Assembly (NCBI GenBank): GCA_963808625.1
Contig: CAWEHK010000018.1
Coordinates: 128,001-192,000, forward strand
Direction of reading: 5' to 3'
DNA length: 64,000 bases
Origin: an uncultured delta proteobacterium
Lineage (GTDB): Bacteria; Desulfobacterota; Syntrophobacteria; Syntrophobacterales; Syntrophobacteraceae
In this document: positions 30,604 through 40,079 of the stretch, in pieces
How positions within the stretch are numbered: the first letter of the stretch is position 1
How the letters are laid out: every line of letters starts with the position of its first letter
The notes under the pieces: generated by a model
Seen by the model: only the letters and a program-made list of their open reading frames with translations
What the model was told of the DNA's origin: nothing
Databases searched by the model: none
Program-made: the position numbers and the translations under genes

Positions 30604-31109
30604 TCGCTCAGGTCACCATGGCCCATACTTAGCTTTCCAATGAACTGATAACCAAACCGTAACGTCATGAGCGCGAAACTGAGCGGAAAAACCGTCTCCA
30701 GCCACCAGTTGGGAATGCCAACGAAGGCCATGGTGCCCGAGCTCATTTCCATTTGGACAAAGATGAAGGAGGCATAAAGGAGCGTGGCGGAAACCAGCGT
30801 TGCGAAAAGGTTGCTGATAATACCGAGGGCTCGGGCGCTTGCAGCGGGCAGCAACTTCGGGAGGAGATCAATTTGGATATGCTTATTTTCAGCAGTGGCT
30901 CGCGCCGCCCCGAGCAAACTGACCCAGAGTACGATTTGCCGCAGCAAGGTATCACCCCAGATGACGCCGGTTGAAAAGAAATTGCGGAGGATGATTTGGA
31001 CCATCGAGAACAGGACTAGAAATATCACCAGCGAAGCGATCAACCCGTTTTCGAGCAGTCCGAACCAGCGGCTCAACTGCAATATGCTGTTTCGCAGGGA
31101 AGACTTCAT
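30600..31109 (-). CDS. dctQ: TRAP transporter small permease
   Basis: 4 TM segments, QIILRNFF and HIQIDLL motifs. Confidence 0.88.
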   Translation of the reverse strand: MKSSLRNSILQLSRWFGLLENGLIASLVIFLVLFSMVQIILRNFFSTGVIWGDTLLRQIVLWVSLLGAARATAENKHIQIDLLPKLLPAASARALGIISNLFATLVSATLLYASFIFVQMEMSSGTMAFVGIPNWWLETVFPLSFALMTLRFGYQFIGKLSMGHGDLSE

Positions 31110-32203
31110 TGTTTTTTGGGAGATCGCGCCCGGTATTCGGCAAGTTCGGCCTGGATCTTCTTATAGGTGGCCATAGGAAACTCCTTCGGGCCAATGTCAG
31201 CCATAGCCTTATCGGTGAGTTCCTTAAAATCCTTGATCTGGTTCGGGTCCGGAGTCACCTTCTTCACCCCCCGCTTAAAAATGATCTCGAGGGCATCGGT
31301 GTTATCTTTCCTGGTTTGCTCAACGACCCGCTGCAAATATCTGGCAGAGACTTTTCTCAGGGTCTCCTGAAGAGGAGCCGGGATTTTGGCAAGAAATTTT
31401 TTGTCCATCACCAGGACCCCGCCGACATAGGAAACCGGAGCGTCGGTAAGGTACTTGATCTGGGTGTACCACTGGGTGATCAGCGCATAGTAGGGTGAAT
31501 TGTACACCACTTCGAGGAGGTTGGTCTGGAGGGCCATGAGCACATCCGGAGCGTTAATGGCGACGGTGGAAACGCCGACCTTTTCCATGATCGCCTGCAG
31601 CATGGGGGCGTTGGACTTGCCCCAGACTTTCTTGCCCTTGATGTCGTTCAGGCCGGCAATAGGAGTTGTCGACATAAAATAGAGAAAGCCAAGCTCCGGC
31701 CAGCCCAGGATTTCAAAACCCTTCTCGGCAAACCCGCGCTTCAAGTCGGGTTCGAGCTTAGCCATGACATAGTCGACTTCCTGGTAATTGTCGAAAAGGA
31801 AAGGAACAAGGAGCGCACGCAGATCATGATTGACATCGGTGAGTCCGGACGCGGTGAAGGCTGCGCCGTGCACCATGCCAATGCGAAGCTTCCTCAGCAC
31901 ATCCTCTTCATCGCCCAGGACAAAGCCGGCGAAGAGTTTGAAGCCCACTTTGCCTTCGGTTTCCTTGAGCAGTTCCGCATTCATCTCATTGAAAATCTGC
32001 ATCATGGAGCTGTTTTCCGGCGCCATTGTAGCCAGTTTGATCTCGTACTCGGGCACCCCCGCCGCAAACGCCGCAGAAGTCGAGAAGACGACAAAAAGAA
32101 ACAACAGGCCAAAGGTGACGACACCGGACTTCCTGTGGATTATCTCACGCGGGTTTGCAGCGCACTTAGGGCTAACCACCAAAATATACCTCCGTTTCAG
32201 CAA
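31106..32203 (-). CDS. dctP: TRAP substrate-binding protein (TatP-type); start uncertain
   Basis: IKLATMAPENS and GFVLGDEEDVLRKLRIG motifs. Confidence 0.88.
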   Translation of the reverse strand: MLKRRYILVVSPKCAANPREIIHRKSGVVTFGLLFLFVVFSTSAAFAAGVPEYEIKLATMAPENSSMMQIFNEMNAELLKETEGKVGFKLFAGFVLGDEEDVLRKLRIGMVHGAAFTASGLTDVNHDLRALLVPFLFDNYQEVDYVMAKLEPDLKRGFAEKGFEILGWPELGFLYFMSTTPIAGLNDIKGKKVWGKSNAPMLQAIMEKVGVSTVAINAPDVLMALQTNLLEVVYNSPYYALITQWYTQIKYLTDAPVSYVGGVLVMDKKFLAKIPAPLQETLRKVSARYLQRVVEQTRKDNTDALEIIFKRGVKKVTPDPNQIKDFKELTDKAMADIGPKEFPMATYKKIQAELAEYRARSPKKQ

Positions 32204-33068
32204 GCAGTTTCTTTGCCTTTTCCTTGGCCAGCGTGTTGGAGAGGGTCAACTCCGGGACCTCATCCACAGGGGCCGCCAGGACCTCGCGCAAACTCCCTTC
32301 AAAAAGCTGACGGTCTTTTATTCCTGCGGCATAATACTGGGCAAAAAGAACCTTTGCCGCCAATACTTTGTTCCCGCTGATGGATAAAGCGCGATCGAAT
32401 TGTTTTTTTGCTTCCGCCAGGCCGCCTCCGAGCACCGGGGCCCGGACCGCGAGGTAGACCCCCATGAGGAGGTGCGGACCGCCATAATCATAGGTATCAT
32501 CCAGTTCGAGTATCCGGTCCAGGGTGGCACCGAAAACCGGCAAGTCCCCCACGGCTTCAACGTTGCCAAGGTTGCTGCCGATCCACCCCCCCCAAGCGCT
32601 GGCCGTCCAGAAGAGCGCCGGTACGTCCTCTTTCTTGTATCCCTGCAGGAAAGACTTGAATTCATCAAGGTTTCCCGCGGCGGCTTTGCCAAAATCCCCC
32701 TTGTCCGAAAGGGCACGGAAACCATAGAGCTTGGCCTTCCGATAAAGAGCTTCGGCCTCTTTGGGCTGCTCATCGGCCACAAACATGGCGGCATAGGAAG
32801 TGTAGGCTCGGCACCCGGCGACGAGCAGTTCCCGGTTGCCGGGGTAAGCTTCGATCAAACCATCCACCAGCATCAGATAGGCAGGCGTGCCTTCCCTGAC
32901 GATGGTCAGGTCCGTTTGCTTGGCGGCGGCCTGTGCCACATCCTGCAGGGTCAGGGCGACGCCGGCCACTCGAGCCGATTTGGCAGGGACACAAGCGGTC
33001 GAGGAGAGCAACAAACCTACAATGAGAGGAAAGAAGAAACAGGGTGAAACCGGGTAAAAGCGAACCAT
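32172..33068 (-). CDS. TRAP-associated TPR lipoprotein (TatT component)
   Basis: Lipobox-like STAC, YLMLVDGLI, DVPALFW and LAKEKAKKLL. First gene of the TRAP operon. Confidence 0.82.
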   Translation of the reverse strand: MVRFYPVSPCFFFPLIVGLLLSSTACVPAKSARVAGVALTLQDVAQAAAKQTDLTIVREGTPAYLMLVDGLIEAYPGNRELLVAGCRAYTSYAAMFVADEQPKEAEALYRKAKLYGFRALSDKGDFGKAAAGNLDEFKSFLQGYKKEDVPALFWTASAWGGWIGSNLGNVEAVGDLPVFGATLDRILELDDTYDYGGPHLLMGVYLAVRAPVLGGGLAEAKKQFDRALSISGNKVLAAKVLFAQYYAAGIKDRQLFEGSLREVLAAPVDEVPELTLSNTLAKEKAKKLLAETEVYFGG

Positions 33069-33249
33069 TTTCCCTCAGCTCATTTCACGGGGTTCACTAT
33101 TGCAGATTGAGCCGCAACCGCCGACTCACGGGAAAATTCGTGGACTTATTGATAGTTGGTGGACCAAGGTTTGTCAAGCGAGGAAACTTCCGCACCTTAC
33201 CATAGGTATGAAATCGTCTCCAAACGGCAAACCTCCGGCGCGCTTCAGA

Positions 33250-33837
33250 TCAGTCATCCTCTTCGTTCAGAGCATCACCGGTGATTGGCTCGACTTCCTT
33301 CTGTTTGATTTCAAGCCGCTTCCAGCGCCCCTTGTCATTGATGAGCTTTTCCATTTCGCGTCGCACGTCCGCCTGGGAGATCAGTTCCGACAGCAGGATG
33401 CGCTTGTAACTGATGTTCCGCAATTCGTTCTCGAGGAATTCATCCCGCTCCTGTTTGAGCTTGAGGTTCTGCATGAAGAGTTTCTCTTCAAGGTTTTCGT
33501 TCTCAATCAGCAGACCGATGAACATGTCCGCCAACTTGCTTCTCCGCAAACCCATCATACCGATCCCGGCGGCCTTCTGGCGGTATTGATCCACTTTGCC
33601 TTCCAGAAAAGAAATGCGCCTTTGCAGTTCGCCTTTCTCTTTTTCGAGTTTTTCCTTTTCCTCGTCCCAAAAGCGCTTGAGCGCCTTCTCGATAGATAGC
33701 ATTTCCTCTCGGTCGTTGACGCTTTGGGCGGCATATCTGACCACCGTTTTGCGGTACCCGAAATAGTACCCAATCGAGAAGATGAGCAACATACAGGCTG
33801 CGACTGCGAAGATCTGGTATGCGATTGGGGGAATCAT
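33250..33837 (-). CDS. Hypothetical membrane-anchored coiled-coil protein
   Basis: GGAGG SD, N-terminal TM helix and an E/K-rich helical body. Confidence 0.75.
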   Translation of the reverse strand: MIPPIAYQIFAVAACMLLIFSIGYYFGYRKTVVRYAAQSVNDREEMLSIEKALKRFWDEEKEKLEKEKGELQRRISFLEGKVDQYRQKAAGIGMMGLRRSKLADMFIGLLIENENLEEKLFMQNLKLKQERDEFLENELRNISYKRILLSELISQADVRREMEKLINDKGRWKRLEIKQKEVEPITGDALNEEDD

Positions 33838-33923
33838 GGGAGTCTGACCTCCTTGCCTTGAGAATAGAGAAGCGAATTATCCAGCAAAGTGATGCAAAGC
33901 ACACCGCAACTAATCATCCAGTG

Positions 33924-33995
33924 GCCACGGATGCACGCCGATGAGCACAGATCTCTCTTGTATCTTTATCCGCGTCAATCCGTACAATCTGTGGC
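33924..33995. repeat. Imperfect palindrome with ~9-nt internal periodicity (REP-like)
   Basis: GCCACGGAT-GCACGCCGAT-GAGCACAGAT ... ATCCGCGTC-AATCCGTAC-AATCTGTGGC. Confidence 0.55.
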
Positions 33996-34104
33996 TTTTT
34001 GCACCGGCGGTTCGGATGTAACTGTGACTGCCGCCGCGATTGATTTTAGCACGGATTAACGGTAACGCATAATGCCTTTCCGAATCCGGTGAATAGACTC
34101 AGAG

Positions 34105-35377
34105 TCAGCTCATCCGGCCGATCTTAACCGCGCAGAGCTTACCGCACATGGAGCAGGCTTCCCGGTCCTGCGTCACCTGAAGACGCCGCTTGACCAACTC
34201 GGGATCAAGCGCCGAGGCAATCATGCCCTCCCAGTCGAGTTTCTGGCGGCATTCGGACATCCGGCGATCGGCATCCATGGCACCCGGGAGTCCCTTGGCA
34301 ATGTCGGCCACGTGGCCGGCGATGCGCGCCGCCATGACCCCGGCGTAAACATCCTCGGCGTTGGGCAGGCCAAGGTGTTCGGCAGGCGTGACATAGCAGA
34401 TATAGTCGGCACCGGCGGCCCCGGCGATGGCACCGCCGATCGCGGCGACAATGTGATCGTAGCCGGCACCGATATCGGTGGGCAAAGGTCCCAGGATATA
34501 GAAGGGGGCCCCGTCACAAAGCTTCTTTTGCAGGAGGATGTTGGATTGGATCTGAGGCAGCGGCACATGTCCGGGCCCTTCGATCATGACCTGAACGCCC
34601 CGACTGCGAGCTCGCCTGGCCAGCTCCCCCAAAATCATCAATTCCTGCAACTGCGCGCCATCGGTGGCATCACAGATGGTGCCGGGGCGGAAGCCATCGC
34701 CCAGGCTGAGCGTGACGTCGTATTTGTGGGCAATCTCGAGGAGGTCGTCAAAGTATTCGTAGAGGGGATTTTCTTTGCCATTCTTGCGCATCCAGTGCAT
34801 GTGAATGGAGCCCCCCCGACTCACGCAAGGCATGATCCGTTCATAGGATTCGAGCCGCTTTACCGCCACCTGAGTGACCCCGCAGTGGACGGTAATATAA
34901 TCGATCCCCTCGTTGCACTGTTTTTCGATACTCCTCAGGAGCCGGTCCCCGTCCATTTCGTCCAGACGACTGATGCCTGGCCATCATCTCGGTGGCCAGC
35001 GTGTAGATGGGAACTGCTCCCACCGTTACGGGGGAGTGTTCGAGGAAAAAGCGGCGGAATTCGGCCAGGTCTCCCCCGGTGGAAAGATCCATGATGGAGT
35101 CCGTCTTGGCATCCAGCGCCGCCTTGAGTTTCTCCGCCTCCATTTCCATGCTGCAGCATTCGCCACTCGTTCCCAGGTTGGCGTTCACCTTGGTTTTCAA
35201 ACCCTGCCCGATGGCCCGGAGAATGGGAAAGGAATGGTTGCGATTCTTGGGAAGCACGGCCCACCCAGCCGCAATCAGGTCCCGCAGTTCTTCAGCGCTG
35301 ACGGGCTCTCCCGCAACCGCCTGCCGCATCTCTTCGGTAACAATGCCCGCTCGTGCAAAATCCAGTTGTGTATTCAT
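34105..35377 (-). CDS. thiC: Phosphomethylpyrimidine synthase (apparent +1 frameshift near 34966)
   Basis: [46 protein letters not shown] and CSMCGKLC motifs, with a TPP riboswitch upstream. Confidence 0.93.
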
Positions 35378-35445
35378 GACATCCTCCAATTCAGCTCGCG
35401 CGGAGAGCTCCGGCAATGGCTGTGGTCAACGGCGTCCAATTCCCT

Positions 35446-35479
35446 GAAAATGAAAATGGCCGTTTGGGAAAACGGCCAT
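35446..35479 (-). terminator. Intrinsic terminator in the riboswitch expression platform
   Basis: ATGGCCGTTT/AAACGGCCAT stem followed by TTTCATTTT on the minus strand, between the aptamer and the thiC start. Confidence 0.75.
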
Positions 35480-35500
35480 CTGACAGCTGCCTTGTCACTT

Positions 35501-35581
35501 GCCGATTCCTCCGCCAGTATTAATCTGGATCAGGTTCCAAGGGTTTGATCTCAGCCCTCGTGACGAGAGCACCCCTTCGGC
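35501..35581 (-). ncRNA. TPP riboswitch (THI box)
   Basis: Minus strand reads GCCGAA-GGGGTGC..GCTGAGA..ACCCTTGGAACCTGATCCAGATTAATACTGGCGGAGGAA-TCGGC. Confidence 0.95.
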
Positions 35582-35899
35582 TATAGAACCTCATTAAACA
35601 AACGATACCATGATCAATGACGCCGGAATCCTACCCCACAACGGATCAAAAAGCAATTGTTACATTTATGGCATTGCTCTCTTCGGCGGCATCACCTGCC
35701 GGGATGCCCGGCGATTTGGACGCCTGTAATACCCTCACCATCTATTCTCAATTCATTGGGCTTCTCCTGCGCTGAGAAGGTATGTTCAGAAAAGGATTTG
35801 TGGGACCAGAAGTGCAACAGAAAGAATTACTTCACTCCCAGACTTATCTAGCCATTACCGAATAAGCATTGTAAAATTCCGTGCCTGTTTCTTGGAGAC

Positions 35900-35927
35900 T
35901 GCTGAGTTTTGAGCGTTGAGTGCTGAG
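35900..35927 (+). repeat. Four tandem degenerate heptamers (NNNTGAG)
   Basis: TGCTGAG TTTTGAG CGTTGAG TGCTGAG. Confidence 0.5.
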
Positions 35928-36012
35928 CAAAGGCTTTAAGACCCCTTTCGCTGTTCTCATCTTTCACGGGTGTTGCCCAGACATTCATCTGACTGATGCT
36001 TTTGGAGAAACG

Positions 36013-37803
36013 ATGAAAATCCAAAAAATCTTTATTGCCGTTTGTCTCCTTTTGGGAACACTCGTTTTTCCCGCCATCGAGCACGCCCATGGACAATCGC
36101 AGGCTGTTGTGGATACTGCCCCGGGTGAGCCCCTTCGTGCGCCTCAGGCCAATGTCGCCATCCCCACCCTGAAGACCCTTGCCGAATCCATCGATGATTT
36201 GAAGCAGCAGGTCCACGGCAAAGAAGAGGAACTCCAGCTCGTCAGAACCGAAAATCAAAAAGTCAGGCTTCTGAAAGAGCTTGCCGAACTGAACGGACGC
36301 GTCGAGATGCTCTCACGGGACTTCGAACAGATTGCCACGGGCGTGAATCTCGAGACCTTCAAAGCCAAACCCAAAGAACACTTCGATTGGCGCGAACAAC
36401 TGCAGGACGTGCTGGGGCCCATCGTCAAAGAGTTGCAGAACATGACCGCCCACCCCCGTGAAATCGAAAAACTGCGCGGTGACGCCGCCTATTATGAAAA
36501 GCAAATGGCCGTAGCGAAGAGCGCCCTTCAAAACGTTCAGCGACTCACCACGGAAACGCAGGACCAGGAACTCCTCCGGCAGCTGCAGAACGTGGAAAAA
36601 GAATGGAAGCAAAAGGAGCAGCAGCTTTCCAGCCAACTGGCTGTGGTCAGCTATCAGCTCAACGAGAAACTGAAAGAACAGAAACCCTTTCTGGAATCGT
36701 TCCAGAGTTTTATGAAAGGTTTCTTCAAGAGCCGGGGAAGAAATCTTCTCCTGGCCTTTGCCGCCTTCATCCTCGTGGTGGTGCTGTGCCGCTTCCTGAA
36801 TCGGCTGATATACCGTTTCAGCCCCCTTCACAAATCAGGGGAAAGGACCTTTTACACACGCCTGACGGACTTACTCTATTATGTGGTTACGTTTGCCGGG
36901 GCCACCGGCGCGTCGCTCCTGGTGCTCTATCTCTCGGGCGACTGGGTGCTCCTCAGCGTCGCAGCCCTGTTTCTTCTCGGCATCTTCTGGACGGCCCGGC
37001 AAACCCTGCCGAAGTTCTGGACCGAGGCGAAATTCTTGCTCAATCTCGGCACCGTGAGAGAGGATGAGCGCGTTGTCTACCAGGGCATTCCGTGGAAGGT
37101 TCAGTCGCTAAATTTTCACACCCTGCTGATCAATCCCCACCTGAAGGGAGGGCTGCTGCGACTCCCTCTCAAGGAACTGATGGACCTCAGGTCTCGCCCT
37201 TACGATCCGGACGAACCGTGGTTTCCCAGCCGGGAAACCGAATGGGTCATGCTCGCGGACGGGACCCTGGGGCAGGTGGTCATGCAAACCCCTGAAATGG
37301 TGGAGCTCACTCTCCCGGGGGGAAGCCGCAAAACCTATCCCACGGCGGGATTCCTGAAACAAAACCCGGACAACATCTCCGTCGGTTTTCGCCTCAGCAC
37401 CACCTTCCGCCTCGACTATCAGCATCAGAGGGAAAGCACCCGCGAGATTCCCGAAATGCTGCAGGAGGCTGTGTGGCAGGAGCTCAAGAGGGAGGCTTTC
37501 GCCAAGAAAATTCTCAACGTCAGTGTCGAGTTCAAAGAGGCCCGGCCATCCTCCCTGGATCTTGCCATACTCGTGGATGTCGGCGCCAAGGCCGGCCGCC
37601 ATTACGACAGATTGACGAGGCTCATCCCGAGGATTGCGGTGGAGGCGAGCAACGAGTATGGGTGGGTGATTCCTTTTCCGCAGGTCACCCTCCACAGCGC
37701 CGCTCCCGCTGATGAAAACGAGGACGAATCCTCGCCCCGGGAGCAGGAGGCAAAGGGGAAGAGGCGATGGGCTTTCTGGAGGCCAAAAGAACCGGCTTCC
37801 TAG
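36013..37803 (+). CDS. Membrane protein with a large periplasmic coiled-coil and an MscS-like C-terminal domain
   Basis: Signal peptide, long helical region, about 3 TM segments and a C-terminal IPFPQVTLH typical of the MscS family. Confidence 0.65.
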   Translation: MKIQKIFIAVCLLLGTLVFPAIEHAHGQSQAVVDTAPGEPLRAPQANVAIPTLKTLAESIDDLKQQVHGKEEELQLVRTENQKVRLLKELAELNGRVEMLSRDFEQIATGVNLETFKAKPKEHFDWREQLQDVLGPIVKELQNMTAHPREIEKLRGDAAYYEKQMAVAKSALQNVQRLTTETQDQELLRQLQNVEKEWKQKEQQLSSQLAVVSYQLNEKLKEQKPFLESFQSFMKGFFKSRGRNLLLAFAAFILVVVLCRFLNRLIYRFSPLHKSGERTFYTRLTDLLYYVVTFAGATGASLLVLYLSGDWVLLSVAALFLLGIFWTARQTLPKFWTEAKFLLNLGTVREDERVVYQGIPWKVQSLNFHTLLINPHLKGGLLRLPLKELMDLRSRPYDPDEPWFPSRETEWVMLADGTLGQVVMQTPEMVELTLPGGSRKTYPTAGFLKQNPDNISVGFRLSTTFRLDYQHQRESTREIPEMLQEAVWQELKREAFAKKILNVSVEFKEARPSSLDLAILVDVGAKAGRHYDRLTRLIPRIAVEASNEYGWVIPFPQVTLHSAAPADENEDESSPREQEAKGKRRWAFWRPKEPAS

Positions 37804-37877
37804 CCGTCGGGGGAGTGAACTGCCGGGTCATGGCGGATGGTGGTTGGCGGAGGTAAACCCGTTCCCGGGGAAATTGA

Positions 37878-39356
37878 ATGAAGATAAAATTTGGTATAAT
37901 GGTTAAATTCTTCTTGTGGTATCTGGTTCTGATCTCCATTTTCTACGGCACTATTCTGATTCTCTTCGTTCACATCCAGCATATCATGGGTATTTCTGAG
38001 AAAATCGTGAATCGGAACTACAGGATCTCCTCCGCCTCCAAAAAGATGATAGATAGCCTGCTCTGGATGGCGGAGAGCGAGAATAAATATGACCTCTTGA
38101 AAAAGGAGGACTACAAAGAGTATTTTGTCGCGGCGCAAAGGGAGTTCGAGGGAAGCCTCACCGAGATTCTCTTTCTCGAATCGCCCGAAAACGGCGCCGA
38201 TGACCCTTGGAGGCAGCTTTATCGGGACTATGTGGCACAACTCCCCGAGGTGGGAGAAGGGTCCGAGGGTGAATCCGGAAAAACGTTGTGGATCCCGGAA
38301 GCGGTGATCAACGAGTGGATCAAAACGATATCCAAAGCGCGGGCGGATAACGAACAGAGTATCGAGTCGCAAATGCGCTCTCTGAATGAACGGGGGCAGC
38401 GGGCCGTCCGGTTCGGTTTCATGGGTCTTGGTTTTTCCATAGTGGTTGGCCTGCTGGGAAGTATTTTCCTGGCGTATTCCATGAACCGACCTCTGCGCGA
38501 GCTGCGCCGAGGCATTCGCGCCATCTCCCACGAGGGGCTGAGCGAACCGATCCGCATCCCGTCACGGGATGAATTTGGCGAATTGGCCGGGGCCTTTAAC
38601 GAGATGGCGGCGCTGCTCAAGGAGGAAGAGCGCATGCGCTCGGATTTCATTTCCATGCTGAGCCACGAGATCAGAACCCCTCTTACCTCCATTAGGGAGT
38701 CAGTGAACATGATTTTAGAGGAGCTAATGGGTCCCGTCAATCAGCGTCAACGGCGTTTCCTGGAAATTGCGGGCGGCGAAATCGAGCGGATTTCAGACCT
38801 TTTGAGCCATCTGATGCAGGTTTCTCGCATGGAGGCCGGAGCCCTGAAGATAGAGCTTCGTCCCATGGACCCTTCGGTTTTCATGTCCACCTGTATCTAT
38901 CGCGTTGGTCCGGCAGCGGAGGCGAAAGGTATCATCATCCGGACCACTATCCCATCCGGGCTGCCTTTCATCATGGGAGATCCCGACAACCTCCAGCAAG
39001 TGCTTTTGAATCTTTTGGGCAATGCCATCAAGTTCGCTCCTCCCCAAAGCGAGGTGATGGTAGCGATGGCACGTGAGGCTTCAGCAGATGGTCTCAAGCT
39101 CAAGTTCTCAGTTTCGGACGACGGCCCGGGCATACCGCCCGAGGAGCAGTCGCTGGTATTCCACAAGTATTATCGAGCCCCGGGGACGCGCGATCAGGTG
39201 GACGGCGTTGGCCTGGGTCTGAGCATTTCCCGATACATCGTTGAGGCGCACGGTGGCATCATATGGGTAGAAAGTCAGGCCGGGCAGGGCAGCACTTTTG
39301 GTTTCACCCTTCCCGCCCTCACCGGCATCGATGACCCGAGGGCACCCAATGAATAA
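37878..39356 (+). CDS. Sensor histidine kinase (HAMP, HisKA, HATPase)
   Basis: 2 TM segments, DEFGELAGAFN, SHEIRTPL, NLLGNAIKF, DDGPGI and GVGLGL motifs. Confidence 0.95.
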   Translation: MKIKFGIMVKFFLWYLVLISIFYGTILILFVHIQHIMGISEKIVNRNYRISSASKKMIDSLLWMAESENKYDLLKKEDYKEYFVAAQREFEGSLTEILFLESPENGADDPWRQLYRDYVAQLPEVGEGSEGESGKTLWIPEAVINEWIKTISKARADNEQSIESQMRSLNERGQRAVRFGFMGLGFSIVVGLLGSIFLAYSMNRPLRELRRGIRAISHEGLSEPIRIPSRDEFGELAGAFNEMAALLKEEERMRSDFISMLSHEIRTPLTSIRESVNMILEELMGPVNQRQRRFLEIAGGEIERISDLLSHLMQVSRMEAGALKIELRPMDPSVFMSTCIYRVGPAAEAKGIIIRTTIPSGLPFIMGDPDNLQQVLLNLLGNAIKFAPPQSEVMVAMAREASADGLKLKFSVSDDGPGIPPEEQSLVFHKYYRAPGTRDQVDGVGLGLSISRYIVEAHGGIIWVESQAGQGSTFGFTLPALTGIDDPRAPNE

Positions 39357-39398
39357 GGAAACTCCCCCGTCGCTTTGGTGCAAGGCGGTCCGGAGCTC

Positions 39399-40079
39399 AT
39401 GCAAAGGAATAGAAAATTGATTATGGGGTGGCATATTCACTCAGATCGCCTATACTGCTTATACCTGATGCTGATCCTCCTTGTCGGGCTGGGGCTTTCG
39501 GCATGCAACACGGTCCCGAAACCACCGCCCTCCGGGGGCAATGATGTTTACCGTGAAAGTGAACTGAAGGCCTGGGAGGAAGGAGTGCAGGCTTTCGAGG
39601 ACGGTGATTACGAGAAAGCTCGGGTGGTTTTTGAGGTGCTCACCGAGAGTGCGGAAACCGAAAGCATGAGGAGCAAGGCGTTTTTTGCTCTGGCCTCGAC
39701 CCGTCTGATCCTGGCTCAAACCCCCGAGGAGTTCAACGAGGCCATGTCCGTCTGGGCATGCTGGAGTCGGCAGTTGCCTGATGAGATGAGGGAGGAAGAC
39801 CCGCGGATGCTCACCCCTTTCCTGCAGCGTCTCACAGCACCCGGCGCGCCGGAGACCAACCTGACGAAGAGTCGGGCACCGGTGAAGAAGATCATCGTCT
39901 ATAGTAATCCCGGAGGCTGTAAAGAGCTTCTTCAGGCCAAAGAGAAGGAATTGGAGCGGATCAGATCGAGGCTGGAAACCAGAGAGAGGGAAATAAGGCG
40001 CCTCAAGCATCAGATCGACAGCCTTGAAGCCATTCATCTGAAGTTTCAAGAACGCAAGCAGGGGGCCTCTTCGCCTTGA
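39399..40079 (+). CDS. Lipoprotein with TPR-like helices and a C-terminal coiled coil (QseG-like position); start uncertain
   Basis: Lipobox LSAC, located between the kinase and the regulator, C-terminal LKHQIDSLEAI. Confidence 0.7.
   Translation: MQRNRKLIMGWHIHSDRLYCLYLMLILLVGLGLSACNTVPKPPPSGGNDVYRESELKAWEEGVQAFEDGDYEKARVVFEVLTESAETESMRSKAFFALASTRLILAQTPEEFNEAMSVWACWSRQLPDEMREEDPRMLTPFLQRLTAPGAPETNLTKSRAPVKKIIVYSNPGGCKELLQAKEKELERIRSRLETREREIRRLKHQIDSLEAIHLKFQERKQGASSP

Noticed and set aside
34105..35377. BzaA/B/F (benzimidazole synthase) instead of ThiC
   Set aside because: The upstream riboswitch is TPP-class, not cobalamin, and there are no cobamide genes nearby.
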